Positions 50,401 through 64,000 of a stretch of 64,000 bases of DNA are shown here, piece by piece. Under the pieces are notes generated by a model. That model was not told the origin of the DNA, did no database searches, and worked only from the letters and a program-made list of their open reading frames with translations. Each line of letters begins with the position of its first letter. Within the stretch, counting starts at the first letter, position 1. The stretch is taken from positions 4,526,001 to 4,590,000 of the forward strand of contig CM120643.1 in the NCBI GenBank assembly GCA_051362555.1, given 5' to 3'. The stretch comes from Lingula anatina. Its lineage: Eukaryota > Animalia > Brachiopoda. The position numbers and the translations under genes were made by a program.

Positions 50401-51624
50401 ATATTATAATTTGAAATAAGATGTTTGCATAAAACATTTGATTTAAAAAAAAGTTGAGCTAAAGTGCCTGCATTCGGATTACGAATTTATTTAAGTATGG
50501 ATGCATTGGTAGAAAGTAATTGGTAAAATCATTCAGAAGAAGTTATAATAAGCACATATAGCAATAAAATCCTGAATTTATATCACTCTACCCACAAAAT
50601 ACGCAAAATAATGTATAACTTAGAAAGTAAAAAACCAATCAAGATTATTATCAATATTATGTATTTCACTTTGTCAATTCCTTAGATATTATTATGAATT
50701 TAGTTTAATTTATTTCATTTTACATTTAATTTCAGTGCCTCGTAACAACCGTCTACGATGAGATAGGACTCACTCCCAGCAAAGACATCAGATTCGTGAA
50801 CGCCAGCACCCGCACCCATGTCAACGTTGTCTTAATGCTTGCGTGTCGAAGTTTGTCGTATAGTCAACTTGCAGGGTTGACATTTGGTTTGGTTTGAAAT
50901 GTAATATTTGCTTTGGTTTGTAACATTCTGCATCAAAACATGTATCGAATGAAGTACAGCGTGCAACAAATGTTTTATTCATGAAACTTCTGATAAAAGG
51001 GACCAAATCCAAGGGTCAACCCTGCACGTCGCTGGTTTATTATTATACATATGTAAATAAGTTGTAGTACAGCACTCTATCCGCACACGATGTTTTTATT
51101 GTGATTTAATTTTTTGTTCATACCCACCAGTTCTCGAACCGGAAACGACACTTTTTAAGTTATCTTAAAACAAAAATGTGCCTTGCTTAAGTGTTCTATG
51201 AAAATAAAATTAATAGTTGTAAAATTATCATAAAGTGATGTGCAGGTAGAGCACTGAGACAGTACGACCGGTTTAATGTTTGATTGTCAAATTTTGTGTG
51301 TGGGCAAATATGTAATAAGACACGAAAATGCATGTTTATCCATATTAAATCGGTTACAAACATTGATTTTAATGAAGTTAGCTTTAGAAATAAATAGGTA
51401 GCAACTTCATTACGTAAAATGCCTACAGGAATTTTATTGTGGGTTCAATGGAAGAAATGAACGAGATGTAAATTTACAATAAACTGTAAACGCTGAAATC
51501 CAATTATGACACTTAAGAATTAACGGCAAAATGAAATTGTAAAAAGTGCTCAAGTTATTGCAGAATTGCCCACACGTATTAAAACGGTTCTTTCTAAAAT
51601 TGTGAATATGCGGTTATGGCGCAT

Positions 51625-52052
51625 GGTAAGAATAAACTTCCTTTGGTTCCCGGTGTTTTGATATACTAGTAGTATGTCTGATCAGTGATAGACCCATAGT
51701 TTTATTGCGGGGAGGGGGTAGAAATGTTCGTTTTCAGAATATCAAACCACGGGTTGGGTTAGTTTTTTCTGCAATTAATAAGTTTTTGTTATTAAAGAAG
51801 GGAAATTAACATTATACCTTCCTTACAAAGCGTAAATACTCACAAAAGAAACTGTGATTAGTAGAAAGTGTTTCCTTTTGCGTCAATTGAAATGTACATG
51901 TAGAACTGGCATTTATCGCATCTTTTACAAGTTGAAATTTTGAAAAATCCGAAACTTAAGTTATCGCAAAGCTCTGATTTGGGGGTAATGGGTATTTCCT
52001 AGTAATTAAAGAAACTTGGTCAGTTAATCGCCTAAAAAAACTTTTTCTTTTG

Positions 52053-52084
<32 letters not shown>

Positions 52085-52700
52085 GTCTAATCAAACATGA
52101 AAAAACAAAAAAAATATAAGAAAAAAGACACTTTGGTAAAAGTAGAAGATAATGTTATATAGAGATATTCACGGAAATATTAATGTTCGGAGCCGAGATT
52201 TAATTACTGTACCCCGCAGGGACGACGTGTGGGGAGGTAAGAATAAACTTCCTTGGGTTCCCGGTATTTTGATATACTAGTAGTATGTCTGATCAGTGAT
52301 AGACCCATAGTTTTATTGCTGGGAGGGGGTAGAAATGTTCGTTTTCAGAAAATCAAGTCAGGGGTTGGGTTAGTTTTTTTGGCAATTAATAAGTTTTTTT
52401 ATTAAAGAAGGGAAATTAACTTTATACCTTCATTACAAAGCGGAAATACTCACAAAGAGAAACTGTGATTAGCAGAAAGTGTTTCCTTATGCGTCAATTA
52501 AAATGTACATGTAGAACTGGCATCTATCGAATCTTTTACAAGTTGAAATTTTGACAAATCTGAAACTAAAGTTGTCGCAAAGTTCTGATCTGGGGGAAAT
52601 AGGTATTTCCTAGTAATTAAAGAAGCTTGGTCAGTTAATCGCCTAATTTTTTTTCTAATCAAACATGAAAAAACAAAAAAAAAATTTTAAAAATGACACT
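51625..52700 (+). repeat. Internal tandem duplication (~0.45 kb x2) specific to copy 2
   Basis: The GGTAAGAATAAACTTCCTT..GTTCCCGGT block starts at 51625 and again at 52236; it is single in copy 1 (5984). Confidence 0.9.
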
Positions 52701-53753
52701 TTGATTGATTAGAGTAAAAGATTTCCACAAAATTGGAAGGTCAGTGTTTGACTTAATGTTGATCTTGTACTTGGTACTTTCTTAATTCTATATTTCGATC
52801 GGGATCAAGGAGTGATTGAGAACAAAAGGCCTGATTAGGTGCCAGTCCTGCACGTGCTGTTGGGTTATTTTTGCTGAGTGTTTCTGAATCACTGAACACA
52901 AGTGACCGTAGAGTTATTTTAAGTAAACTTGTTTTTGCACAACCTTTTTAATTTTGTTTACATAATATTGTTCTTAAAATGACTATTGACTGGGATAAGG
53001 TTGTAAACTGACCATGTCTTCATGCTGTTCTTGATTCGCACGGCGCATAAATTTGTTCCTATTTTAAGATTTAAAGAGGAGAAAAACATATTTATTTATC
53101 TATGAGAAAGCATTCATTAAATTTACAGAACTGAATAATGTTTGACTGCTGTTTGGTGTTTTGTGTAATCATCAGCATGGGGACATACAGTTAGCTGTGG
53201 GGTCATGAGTGTGTTCCCGCGTGCGGGGAGAACGCTTACATGAGATCGTAATCATTTTGAATTTTCTATACTGTTACCACCCTTGAATTTGGATAAAAAT
53301 GTCCCTCGGTGAAATATTGGATCAGTCACAAGACAAATACTCCAATTTCAACTTTGAACGATTGCTGTAAAATACATCGTCAAATCTTCAACTTTCTCTT
53401 TTAACTCTGGACAAAAACCTGAGAATTTCATGTTCTGGTCAGTATTATGTCGTCTTGTATGCAGTGTTCTTGAACACTTTAGAACCAAAATGATTGATCT
53501 TGAGCGACAATATTCAAAATGCATAGAATCTCCCACACATTTAGTTGTAGATAGTTGTATTTAAGATTAATTTATATCTCAAATTGCGCAGTCGTTTTGA
53601 AAATTACTTTTTATGTAAAGCCAAAACGTAATGTTCGGATTTTGAACACATCTGTATGGTGTAGTTGTTTGTATTTGTTATAATGAATGTACATAAAAGT
53701 TGTAATAGATGATGTGCAAAATGTCACATGTTTATTCTTGACTTTCTTTTCTT

Positions 53754-54140
53754 CAGCTCGACTTGAACCTTAGGTTTTCAACTCCTAGCTCACCCTTTTC
53801 TACTTCTTAGTCTGTCGCCTTACCTACTGAGCCACCGTCTCAGTTCGCGTTTTTCCTCATTCGTATGATCCTCTTATAGTAGTTTGAATTGTTTATTTGG
53901 GTTTATTTTTGCAAAAGGTAATTTGCTGGGACCTAGAAGCGCCAGGAATCGAACTGGGGACCTTCTGTCTCAGAGGCAAGCGCGTTACCTACTCCTCTAA
54001 GTGTTCCCACCCACCCTCCCCGTGTAGACTTTCTTCTTATAGTAAGCAAAGAAAAATTCTAATAGCACCCCTTTGTAATTCCAAAGTGCCCGAGCCAGAA
54101 ATCGAACCCCAACCCCAGGCTTTCACTGAGCCATGTAGCC
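53754..54140 (-). repeat. Three tandem tRNA-like modules (paralogue of 7674-8060)
   Basis: Same A/B-box modules, almost unchanged. Confidence 0.65.
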
Positions 54141-54472
54141 ATCAGTAAAACACTAAGACATTTTGTATATTCAATAAGTGTTTTATTAAGAGCAATACAA
54201 ATTGCTTTTATGTATTCAAATATTTATGAAACATATATCTGTAAAATATCATCGTCTTCAGTCTTTTTATTACGACAAGTTAAAAAGCGTTTAGTATTTA
54301 AAAGAATATCATGATATTATAGTATAATATTATGATGTCTGCATTTAAATTCACTTGCAGGTGTAAAAAATATATTCGACTTGACAAATAAACTATTTAC
54401 CACACTAATGGTCTTATGTTTGTTCTTAATGACAAAAACAAAATATTTCAACTTCTTCAATAAAAAAAAACA

Positions 54473-54608
54473 CAGTGGTGGATCTAGTCTCCGCCCTCCC
54501 CGAGGAGAGAGACCCATTCTGGACTCGCATGATCAAGTTCTCAAAATACTCCATCTCGCTCCAAATGTCAACATCTGACCCCTTTAAAATGTCCTGCATC
54601 TGCCATTG
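54473..54608. mobile_element. hAT-like MITE (paralogue of 8369-8508)
   Basis: CAGTGGTGGATCTAG...CTGCATCTGCCATTG. Confidence 0.7.
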
Positions 54609-57600
54609 TGTTTTTTTTTCTATATAATAATGACAATTATGAGATTTTTATTAAATGCTCTGTTTAAAATTGCACGCTTTTTTCAGTCAAACTCTTATTG
54701 TTGGGAGCTTAAAAACGGATACGCACTCTCGTTATGTTTGGCAAAAAAAATGTCAAAAGTCCTACATAAAAAATATATATATACAACGTTTATACTAACA
54801 GCTATTGACAAACTGGAAAGACTAATGAACATTAGATAGAAAATGAATATGAAATAAAAAAAATTCCTTGCAAAAACTACTTAGAGAACAAACTACATGT
54901 TCACTTATGAAATTTGGGTTAAAATCCAATGGACAGATCACGGTATTTCTCATATTTCCTATAGTCTACTACATCCATTTTCAATTAGAAAACAAACTAC
55001 ATTTACATGAAATCAGGCTTAAAATCCAACGGACAGATAACGATTTTTCTCATATTTCCTACATCTATTTTCAATTCGAAAAAAAACCCTTCTGAACATA
55101 AATTCGAATAAATTCGAATATACATCAATAATTTCTGCTTCATCTGGTCGATAGAATGATGCTGTTAAGACAGAATTGCCGAAAACAGTTAAATTTGGAA
55201 AATAAAGCAATTTTCATTCCCATAAATGTATTTGTTCAACAGATTAATGGCAAAAACATATATTTCAGGATAAAACGTGTACATATTTTACATTGTAAGG
55301 ACTACGTTCAGAGATAAGTAAAACACGAAAATAGTGTCTTTTCCATCATATGATGGTATTTACATGTACGAAATCAGCTTTTCAAGAAGGGATTTTTCTC
55401 AAATAGAAATGAAATTTCTTAATTCTACATACTTCACCTGAGACACAAAATATTCTATCTTGATTCGTAAAATGGCATCTCTTACTCAACAAGACAGCAA
55501 ATACTCAAATTTCAAGAGACGATAATCCTTTTTTCCCTTCTGAACATTGAAAGAAAGACACTCAATGAGCGTAAGTCGTCTCATTTTTGATTTCAGTACA
55601 TTTGGAGAATGAGACCGAAGTTTACTAAAAACAGAAATTAAGAAGTAGACACCGGACTTGTAGAATTTATAAATGGATTCGATAATGTGTTCCTTGGTGA
55701 TTTAGGTGAAATTGTTGAATATTACAAAAAAATATTTGGCTTTAAACCGACATAAAATTTGTGTATTTTTGCGTACTTTATTCCCATTCAAACTAGAAAG
55801 TCGCTCCCTGCTGTCTTGCTGAAGAATACTACATGTAGTACCATTTCACAAATGTCACGTGTGACAAACTTGACACTACGATAGTATACAACATACATCA
55901 ATACAATAAAGCAAGTTTTTAACTGATGACCATGCTTTCTGATATATCATTACGTTTTAAATATGTTACATTTAATTCGTAAAAGACTTCAAATTCGTGA
56001 TGTTATACTAAGAAAAAACACGTAAAAGACAGACACCTTTGGACAAAGCCTTTCCAAATGAGCATTTCGCCCCTTATGTCTTGAAAGATTGATCTTATAA
56101 TATGTCACGCAGAAATCAATACAACTTCAATTTAGCTCTCACATTTTAATGAAATGAAATCTTATATATTAATTTATGAAATCTTGCCAATATTCGAAAT
56201 GGAAGTATTGCTGTATACTGCTATAACTCCTTAATACTTGAATTATGTTCTTTACTTCGGAAATGGACGTTTGTTACTATACTTTGATCAAAGTCTATAA
56301 TTCCACTACCAACCGCTCACTACCGGGTACGTGTAAATATCAATATGTCAATAGCCAGACTCTCACAAGTCATTTCACAGCATTTTCCCCTCCTTGGCCA
56401 TTTCTCACGCTAAACTTCGACTGCCACGACTATTTCTACCGACGAAGTTCAAAATACTGAACATGAAGTGCAAATGCATTTTCCTTTGTTTTATGAGACG
56501 TGATGAGATGAAGTGAAGGAGGAAATAAATGGTACGTGGGGAAAATGTTGGGAAATGTTCAAAACCACTTTTAAGCAAACGGGCGTCAAAAAACTTTTCA
56601 AAAATAAATCACAATTAACTAATCACCATATACCTAACATTGATTTCTTCAAACATTATTCTGATATGGCTGAAATTACGATATTCGTATACTTAATATC
56701 TAAGCCGCCTTCGGTCCACTTCCTGATCACTCAGCACTGAGGCAGTGACGTCTCCTTCCAGGCTGTCCATCCCATTACATTCATGGTAGGGGGAGGTGGC
56801 AGGCTGAAGTGACCGCCTTTCCTTTTCAACTCTCACCAATATTTTACGGATGGAACTTCATTTGTACTTTACAACATTAAAAATACATTGGACAACGTTT
56901 GTGTTCAGTATATTTTAAAAAATGCCAGACGAAAATAACTTCAGATCCCTATCAACCCCAAATTGAAACGACATTATGTGGGTCACTGGCTTTCTTGATA
57001 TGACTAAATATGGTTCACTGATTTGAATATCTGAGCAGTTTTTGCTATGTTTGACCAAATAGACCTTACGATAGAGACTGCAGTGTTTTGATTCTGCTGC
57101 TGTCTCAACCATGATTGTGACGGATTCCACAAAATATCATCTCATTGTGTTAGTGAAGACATAACGCGAGGCGGAAAGGGGGGGATAAAAAGTTCATAAA
57201 GAAATTACCTAGTAAGCTATTGAAAATGACAATATGATATTTTAGTTTAAATTAGATGTCGACGAACCATTCAATAGAGATAGTTGGATTAAAAAGAAAT
57301 ATGTTGAAATAAAACGGCACAAATATTATGGGGGGAGGGTATGATGATGGTATAAAAGGTTTGGGAGAGTCGGGGAAATTGAGTTTTGAGTGCGTTCGGG
57401 TGTTTACCGGTGTCCTTTAACTTTAACACACCAGGTTATACAAACTTTTACAACTTTTGTCTCTAAAAAAAACATGTTCAAATTTATATTTTTCTACTTA
57501 TATAACTACCGTATTTTTCAACTATAATAATTCACAAAGGTGGACTTCGAATTCCAAGATGACGTCTATTGAGAAAGAGCGCCATTACTAAAAACGCAGC

Positions 57601-59247
57601 ACTAGAAAATTAACTGGCAAAGCGTCAACGCTACGAAAGGAACTAAAATTGAAATAAGTTCCAGCAAATGTTATGCTGACGTTATGCGAGAAAATCATCG
57701 TGACGTTATAATTTAGCGCTGATTTACTCTATCAAATTCTTCCTCTGAAATGTTGCCCCAATGACTAAAAATGAAGCTTACATACTCGTCATCTCTTGAA
57801 ATTGAAATTTCAAAAAATTAAAAGAGAAAGAAATTATCGACATTTTTCATTTAAATTAGCGTTTTTACACACAACGAACACGACGCAACGTAATGGCGCG
57901 TGAAAAAACGACTTAAAATCCCTACGCCGTGACAGTATGTGTCCTACTGTCAGTTACAGATGGAACATTAAGTGCCGACAGAATTTACATGAAGTCAAAG
58001 TTTGCTATTTTTGAACTACACAAAATGTCGGCGATTATCACATCAAGTATGTTTGCCGACTTGCACGAAATATTGCACATTTTCATATATGCACTGGGGC
58101 CTATTTGTGCAATTATCCAGAAAAACATCAGAAAACATAAGACAGAAGTGCTAATGAATGAGATTTAGTGCTTTTGCTGAACTGTCCCCATAGGCAATGG
58201 GCTAAACAAGACTAGTACAATTTGCGGTTTGAAGGACAAAATGATAGTTTGTTTTTTAAATTCAAAAAATGATTTTTTTTCGAAGTGAGATATTTGGGAC
58301 TTCATAAAGAAATCTCAACAATATTTCAAAAAATGTCCCAGTAACAAAGCTAGGCTAACGACGTGAGTGTCACCTCTACCTGAGGTGTGCAAAAAGCTGA
58401 ATCCCGATGAGAGCCACCTAACGGAGACTGAAATATCGGAGCTAAAAAATGACTTGTTTTAATTATTGATTAAAACAGGCTGTTAGTATGACTAAGTTGT
58501 AAAACAGCCGATGGATTTCTTGGAACATTGAATGACTTGAATTGGAATATAATAAAGTTCTTAATTGCAAATTTGTTCTACTATAGCAAACTGCTAACAA
58601 CACATTTCTAACCGAGGCGTTGCTTTCCTAAGCATAAAAATTAGTTGTGTGTGTGTGTGTGTGTGTGTGTCGGAGTTGGGGACGTAGGTCCTGCGCGGGA
58701 ATCTTCCTCTCTGGCAATTGTCAATGTTGACAGGTATGTAATGGTCAGGGAGAATAGAGGAAGTTGAGTTACAACAGGGTTAATGCTACAGTATTTGACA
58801 TCAGAGTCTATCTCAACATGATTGTGACGTTGTCCATGAATTTCATCATATTGTGCTAGTGAAGACAGTGATAAATGATAGAGGACGCTGATATGATCAT
58901 TTTTCTTATAATATCTTCGGAGTCTCATAATAATTTTTAAAAATACTCGGAACTTTTTGTACTGAATTCACTTATTTCAAAAGTTTCCAAATGTCATGAA
59001 TTTCATTTATATGAAAAAAGAGAACCATGTAACAGTGGTAACCGTACTTGAGGTCCCTGCAGGCGATGTATGTTTTTTCTCTGGGAATCCACGTCGAGAC
59101 GTTGTCCAGGATCGAGAAGCTATCTCTATCTAAGAAGCTAATTCCTTGTAAAATTTTACCAATATATAGTAACACGCTTTATATTAATGAACATGGGCCT
59201 ATTTGATCAATACTTTCATCAAGCTTTATTATTTTCTTAAAAATTCC

Positions 59248-59663
59248 AGTCCTGGGGGAATCTGTCCAGTGCGGACGGCTCCTACAATTTCTTTGTAGAA
59301 TAAAAGAACTCTAACATCTCGTGATTGATAGATATCAATCAAAGCTGTCAAATTTGACAGCTTGAGTAAACATACGTCAATCACATCCATACCGCCAAAG
59401 AACTTTTATCTCCTGTGATTGATAGGTGTCAATCAAAGCTGTCAAATTTGACAGCTTGATTGACGGTTAGTTAAGCAAACGTCAATCACAATCATCCTGC
59501 AAAGGAGCTTTTACTTCCTGTGATTTAGAGGTGCCAATCAAAGCCATTAAAAGTGGATGGCTTGATTGGCAGTTATATAAACAAACGTCAATCATCATAC
59601 TGGTGATCAAGTATAGCTGTCGAACAATGAAAACGCCGTAGAGAGCGGACTGTCCCCAGGATT
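59248..59663. mobile_element. MITE with internal palindromic tandem repeats
   Basis: Ends AGTCCTGGGG...CCCCAGGATT; three ~90-105-bp internal units TGATTGATAG.T.TCAATCAAAGCTGTCAAATTTGACAGCTTG...ACGTCAATCA. Confidence 0.7.
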
Positions 59664-61727
59664 ATTTAAATAAGTAAATTAAAATTAGGCGTCATTAATG
59701 AGTAAATACAGTGTATAGGCATGTGCAAAAAACAGATATCTTTTACAGTTTAGGGTGCCTGTGTTTAAATTAAAAAGTCTCGGTCTTACATTTCTATACA
59801 AGCAGGCATTTTTAGTTATGTTAAAAATAAGTCCAAGCTACGCTTGCGGTTGGAGATTGTCGGCAGGAGGACTGTTCAGTTTAGATGTTTAGAAGATTGG
59901 GAGCAAAGGAAAGAATTTGAAATCCAAAAGAAATTGCAAGTCTGTTCTGCGCCAGTATAGCTCTGTAGTCCCACCTTGCTGAGGGACACATTTTACTTTG
60001 TATTGGAGACTCCAAAGGCTATCCTTCAGTTACACGTACACATCAACTCTATGGCATGGAGTGTGTTGACCCGGATTGAAAGAAAAAGGGAATAGGGCAC
60101 AGGATAATTACCCACAAGAGGAAAATAGATAAAATAATAAATAAATACACGATAATAAATTAAGTTTGCAGTTATACATATGTTAACTCCCAGGTCAAAA
60201 TAGATAATAATTACAAATATTAAAAGCTTTATTAAAGATACTGTATTAGCCGTTTTTATACACACATTAGTTTTCTGTGACAATATTCAATGGTTTCGTT
60301 TGGTGTGTCATTTCAGCTTTGACTCTGTAGTTGCTTCCAGTAAAAAAACATACTCAGTTTCTACTCTATATTCGCATATTAGTACAACACAAATTCATGT
60401 TCGCGATAAATGTCTTCATGTCTACCTTTTTTTAATCATCAGCCTGCTATGCAAATAACGAAATTCAGAGAAAGCAGACGCGTTCATTATGAGTATCTCC
60501 ATTCTTATGATTTCGGTTTAGAGATATTCTGTAAGTTATCATTCTTGCATAAGAAAGCACTCTTTCAGTCTGACCTTAAAAGTTTCCAAAACAAATAAAT
60601 AAATAAATAGAATAAAAGTAATTTCCAGCGCCCTGATTACATCACACATACCTAACACCGTATTTATTTATTTCTATATGATAAGGATAGTAGGCTGAGA
60701 AAAATGTTTGCAGGGGCGGGGGGGGGGGGGGGGGGTGTGTGGATAGGAGCTTATCCCCCCCCCTTTACCCCGCCCTTACATTTTCAGCCACGTCAGTTCT
60801 TAGCGGAGAAGAGGATGATGGGCCCTGTTCATTTCTTTACCACTTTACATATTTATAAACGAGTACTTGATATATTGCATCGAGGGCCGATACCCCAGTC
60901 AGTAGATGGCCAACTTCAAGTGAGTGATTTTTTCGCTGCCCCCAACCCCTTCTCCTACTCGGCGATTCAATGTTTGCACTGATGTCATATTTGCCTGCAG
61001 CTTGACAGACGAGACACTTACTTGGCATGGAACACCCCCTGACGTATTTTACTGATAAGGTTGGACCTAGAGGAGTGGTCAGGGACCCATTACAGAGAAC
61101 GACTTCTCACTGTACTTGTTCATCCCCTAGCTTCAGGTTAAACATACCATATCTCATAACATTGGTTTATAGTCATGTTATTCAATTGATGTTTTTATTC
61201 TTACAAAATCATTTGAATGTGGACTGAAATTTTGCTATTTTACAGAAAGAGCTTAAATTGTTATTATGGAGACGATGTGGTAAGTTTGCTTGTAAATGAA
61301 ATGAGCAAGAAGATTATGTAGACTTCATTGCGGCAGTTGCCCCTCTTCCCAAAGTTTGGCTTCATGAATATTTGAAGACAATGCACAAAATGATGATTTA
61401 GACTAAAACGAATGACGGGAAAAAGACAACAATAAGCAGAAATTTCGGTATCTTTTATTATTACTTTTGGTGTTGGTGTTTTATTGTAGAAAAACAATCA
61501 TAATTATTTGTTTCTTTTTGTGTTAACTTTTTTTGCGTAGTATTCTACTAGTTTTTTTTTTTTTTTTTCGAAAGTTCATGATAAAACCATGCTAACATTT
61601 TTTACAGGGCTATCACAAAGTACACATAGACAGAAAATCTTATAAAATAAAAGTCATCAAGGGGTGTTTCGTCAAGGCTTACGTGTAGCCGAAATATCGA
61701 AAAGACCTTCTTCTTCCTCTACATGTA

Positions 61728-63519
61728 AAGCTGTTTTGTTGCTTCGTGGACTATAAACAATGTTTCGATACTATAGATAGAGCCAAGCTATGGCATAAGT
61801 TAGCCAAGTTAGGAACCGGTGGCAAATGTCTCTCTGTTATTAAGTCCTTGTATAATAATATCAAAACTGGTATTTTGTTAAATGGAAAGATCTCAGATTT
61901 TTTCAAAAATAACAATGGAGTTCTTCAGGGAGAGGTTTTGTCCCCGATTCTGTTTTCCCTTTTTGTCAATGACTGTGAATTAGAATTTCTAAAAAGTGAT
62001 ACCCAGCCAGTTATGATGAATGATTTGTCACTTTTTCTACTCATGTATGCGGACGACATGGTTTTATTCGCTGATTCTGATGAGGGGCTACAGAGTATGT
62101 TGAACTCCCTATCAACATATACTGATAAATGGTCTTTAACTGTAAATGTTAGAAAAACAAAAATACTGGTATTTAGAAAAGGTGGTGCTTTAAAAACTGA
62201 TGAAGTATGGCTATATAAGGGTCACAAACTGGAAGCAGTTAATGAATTCTGTTACCTGGGTGTCACAATGAATTACAATGGTAAATATTATAAAACCCAG
62301 AAACAACTTGCATTACAATGTCGCAAAGCCATGTTCAGTTTGTTTAGAAAGTGTAGTGATATGAGCTTGAACCACACTACCGCTTTATCTTTGTTTGACA
62401 CTTATATATCTAGTATCGCTAATTATGGATGTGAAATATGGGGTCACCATCCTGCCCCTGATATTGAAAATGTGCATTTGGACTTTGGGAAATTTATTTT
62501 GGGGGTTAAACGTTCAACCCCTGACTCAATGATTTATGCAGAGTTAGGAAGATTCCCTTTGGTAACCAATAGGAAATTAAAAATGGTTAAATACTGGCTT
62601 AAACTGAGAAACACAAATAATTGCATTCTAAAAGAATACCTTAAATATTTTGAGTATGAATTCCGGACTAAACCATCCTGTGGCAATTGGTTCTCTAAGA
62701 TTCATGATGTTTTTACAGAAACTGGTCTCAATGATTTTTTTCACTATCCAAGTAATTATGATGAAAAATTTATTGTACCTCTAGTATATCAAAAACTAAT
62801 GGATATTAAACAACAAGCTATATTGTCAGAGATTAACGATTCGAGAAAGTGCTGGCTCTATAGACATGTCATCGACCGTGTTACTATTCAAACTTATCTT
62901 ACAAAATCAATCCCGCTCCAGTTTAAGAAAATGATTAGTAAAATAAGATTATCATCCCATAAACTTGCAATTGAAACGGGCAGATACAGTAAAATCCCTA
63001 TTTCACAAAGAAAATGTTCCTACTGCAATGATGTGGAGGACGAATTCCACTTTATACTGGGTTGCTCTAGTATTTAGATTTAAGAAAAAGGTTCATCAAA
63101 CCTTTCTACTGCAATAGACCCTCGGTGTTCAAATTGGTTCTCCTGCTGAATTCTTCCAGAAAGAAAGTATTATGTAACCTGGCACGATATCTTAGCCAAG
63201 CAGGAAGGCTTCGGCAATGAGATCTAATCTAATTTGATCTAATTTGATCCAATTTGATCTCATTTGATTCAATTTGATCTCATTTGATTCAATTTGATTT
63301 AATTTGATTTATTTAAGTAGTTTATTTATTTAAGTACTCATGTATTTAATTTATTACAGGTACTATTATTATTGTTATGATGATTATGATTGCGATTATT
63401 TCTATTATAATTATTCTTTGTAATAACCCTATAGTTGTTGTAACTATAGTCGTTGTAACATTTGTACCAGTACTAGACTGATGGTCCTCAAGAGACCAAG
63501 GTAATAAATAAATGAAGAT
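61728..63519 (+). mobile_element. 5'-truncated non-LTR retrotransposon (RTE-X-like LINE): reverse transcriptase and C-terminal Cys/His domain
   Basis: RT motifs FVDYKQCFD, GVLQGEVLSPILF, YADD and YLGV. C-terminal RLSSHKLAIETGRY..C..C...EDEFHF...C. One frameshift near 63070; the alternative frame ends at TGA 63220. 3'UTR has (AATTTGATYY)n, a GGTC/GACC stem-loop and an AATAAATAAATG tail. TSD-like TACATGTA/TACCTGTA. Confidence 0.9.
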
Positions 63520-64000
63520 TACCTGTATCTAGACAAGCTCATGTACACCTGTATTTGAATAAGTACACATATTCTTTACATCAGCGAGTTTCCTAGACAG
63601 AGAAATTTAAGTAGTGGCAGCTGCAGACAGGTTTATAAAGTATATCTATGTATGGAATATGATATTTGTTAGTTTGATCATAGACAACGCAATAACTTGA
63701 CTTTGTTCAAAAAAATTAAGTAGGTAAAAAATCCAAATGCTGTGAGAAACGACTCAAGACTTTACTTGTTGCTTATATTAAACTTTATTTACAACAAACA
63801 GGCCTGTTTTCCGCACTTAAACAGTAGGAGAAGACTAAAAAACACATTTTGACACAATCCAACAATTTAATTGTCTAATGAAAAATGTAATTTTGACACA
63901 AGTCAAGGCGGTTTTAAGTTTGAGCGTAATTTACTTGTGTATCACGAACATAATTAAAAAGCGCGTAATAGGATGGTTAGCAATTTATACAATTGTAAGA

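Larger units (their letters stand above)
49452..59102 (+). repeat. Segmental duplication, copy 2
   Basis: Collinear with 3781-12790; carries an extra internal tandem duplication and other indels. Confidence 0.95.

Noticed and set aside
61245-61278. Possible micro-exon (TTACAG|...GTG|GTAAGT; KSLNCYYGDDV)
   Set aside because: No partner exons could be linked; too short to support a gene call.

Overview
AT-rich, repeat-dense eukaryotic DNA. The transposon repertoire (Helentron-type HINEs, Kolobok/hAT MITEs, Rex1/Babar and RTE-X-like LINEs) suggests a marine invertebrate such as a mollusc; this is inference. Only one host gene is well supported: a 3-exon mitochondrial FAST-kinase-domain (RAP domain, FASTKD5-like) gene at 15222-23213 (+). 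A ~9 kb apparently non-coding segment occurs twice as a direct repeat (~3781-12790 and ~49452-59102). It has a near-identical core carrying splice signals, three tandem tRNA-like Pol III modules and a conserved hairpin. Between ~29.8 and ~45.2 kb lie remnants of a multi-exon, probably transposon-derived gene (degenerate THAP-like N-terminus, repetitive phase-1 exons, Ulp1/SENP-like protease and PHD finger). That region is overrun by a 4.5 kb 32-bp satellite, two 39-bp arrays and nested HINEs. Two 5'-truncated LINEs and many MITEs and microsatellites fill the rest. No prokaryotic features, CRISPR arrays, rRNA or intact tRNA genes were seen. All alignments and identity estimates were made by eye.
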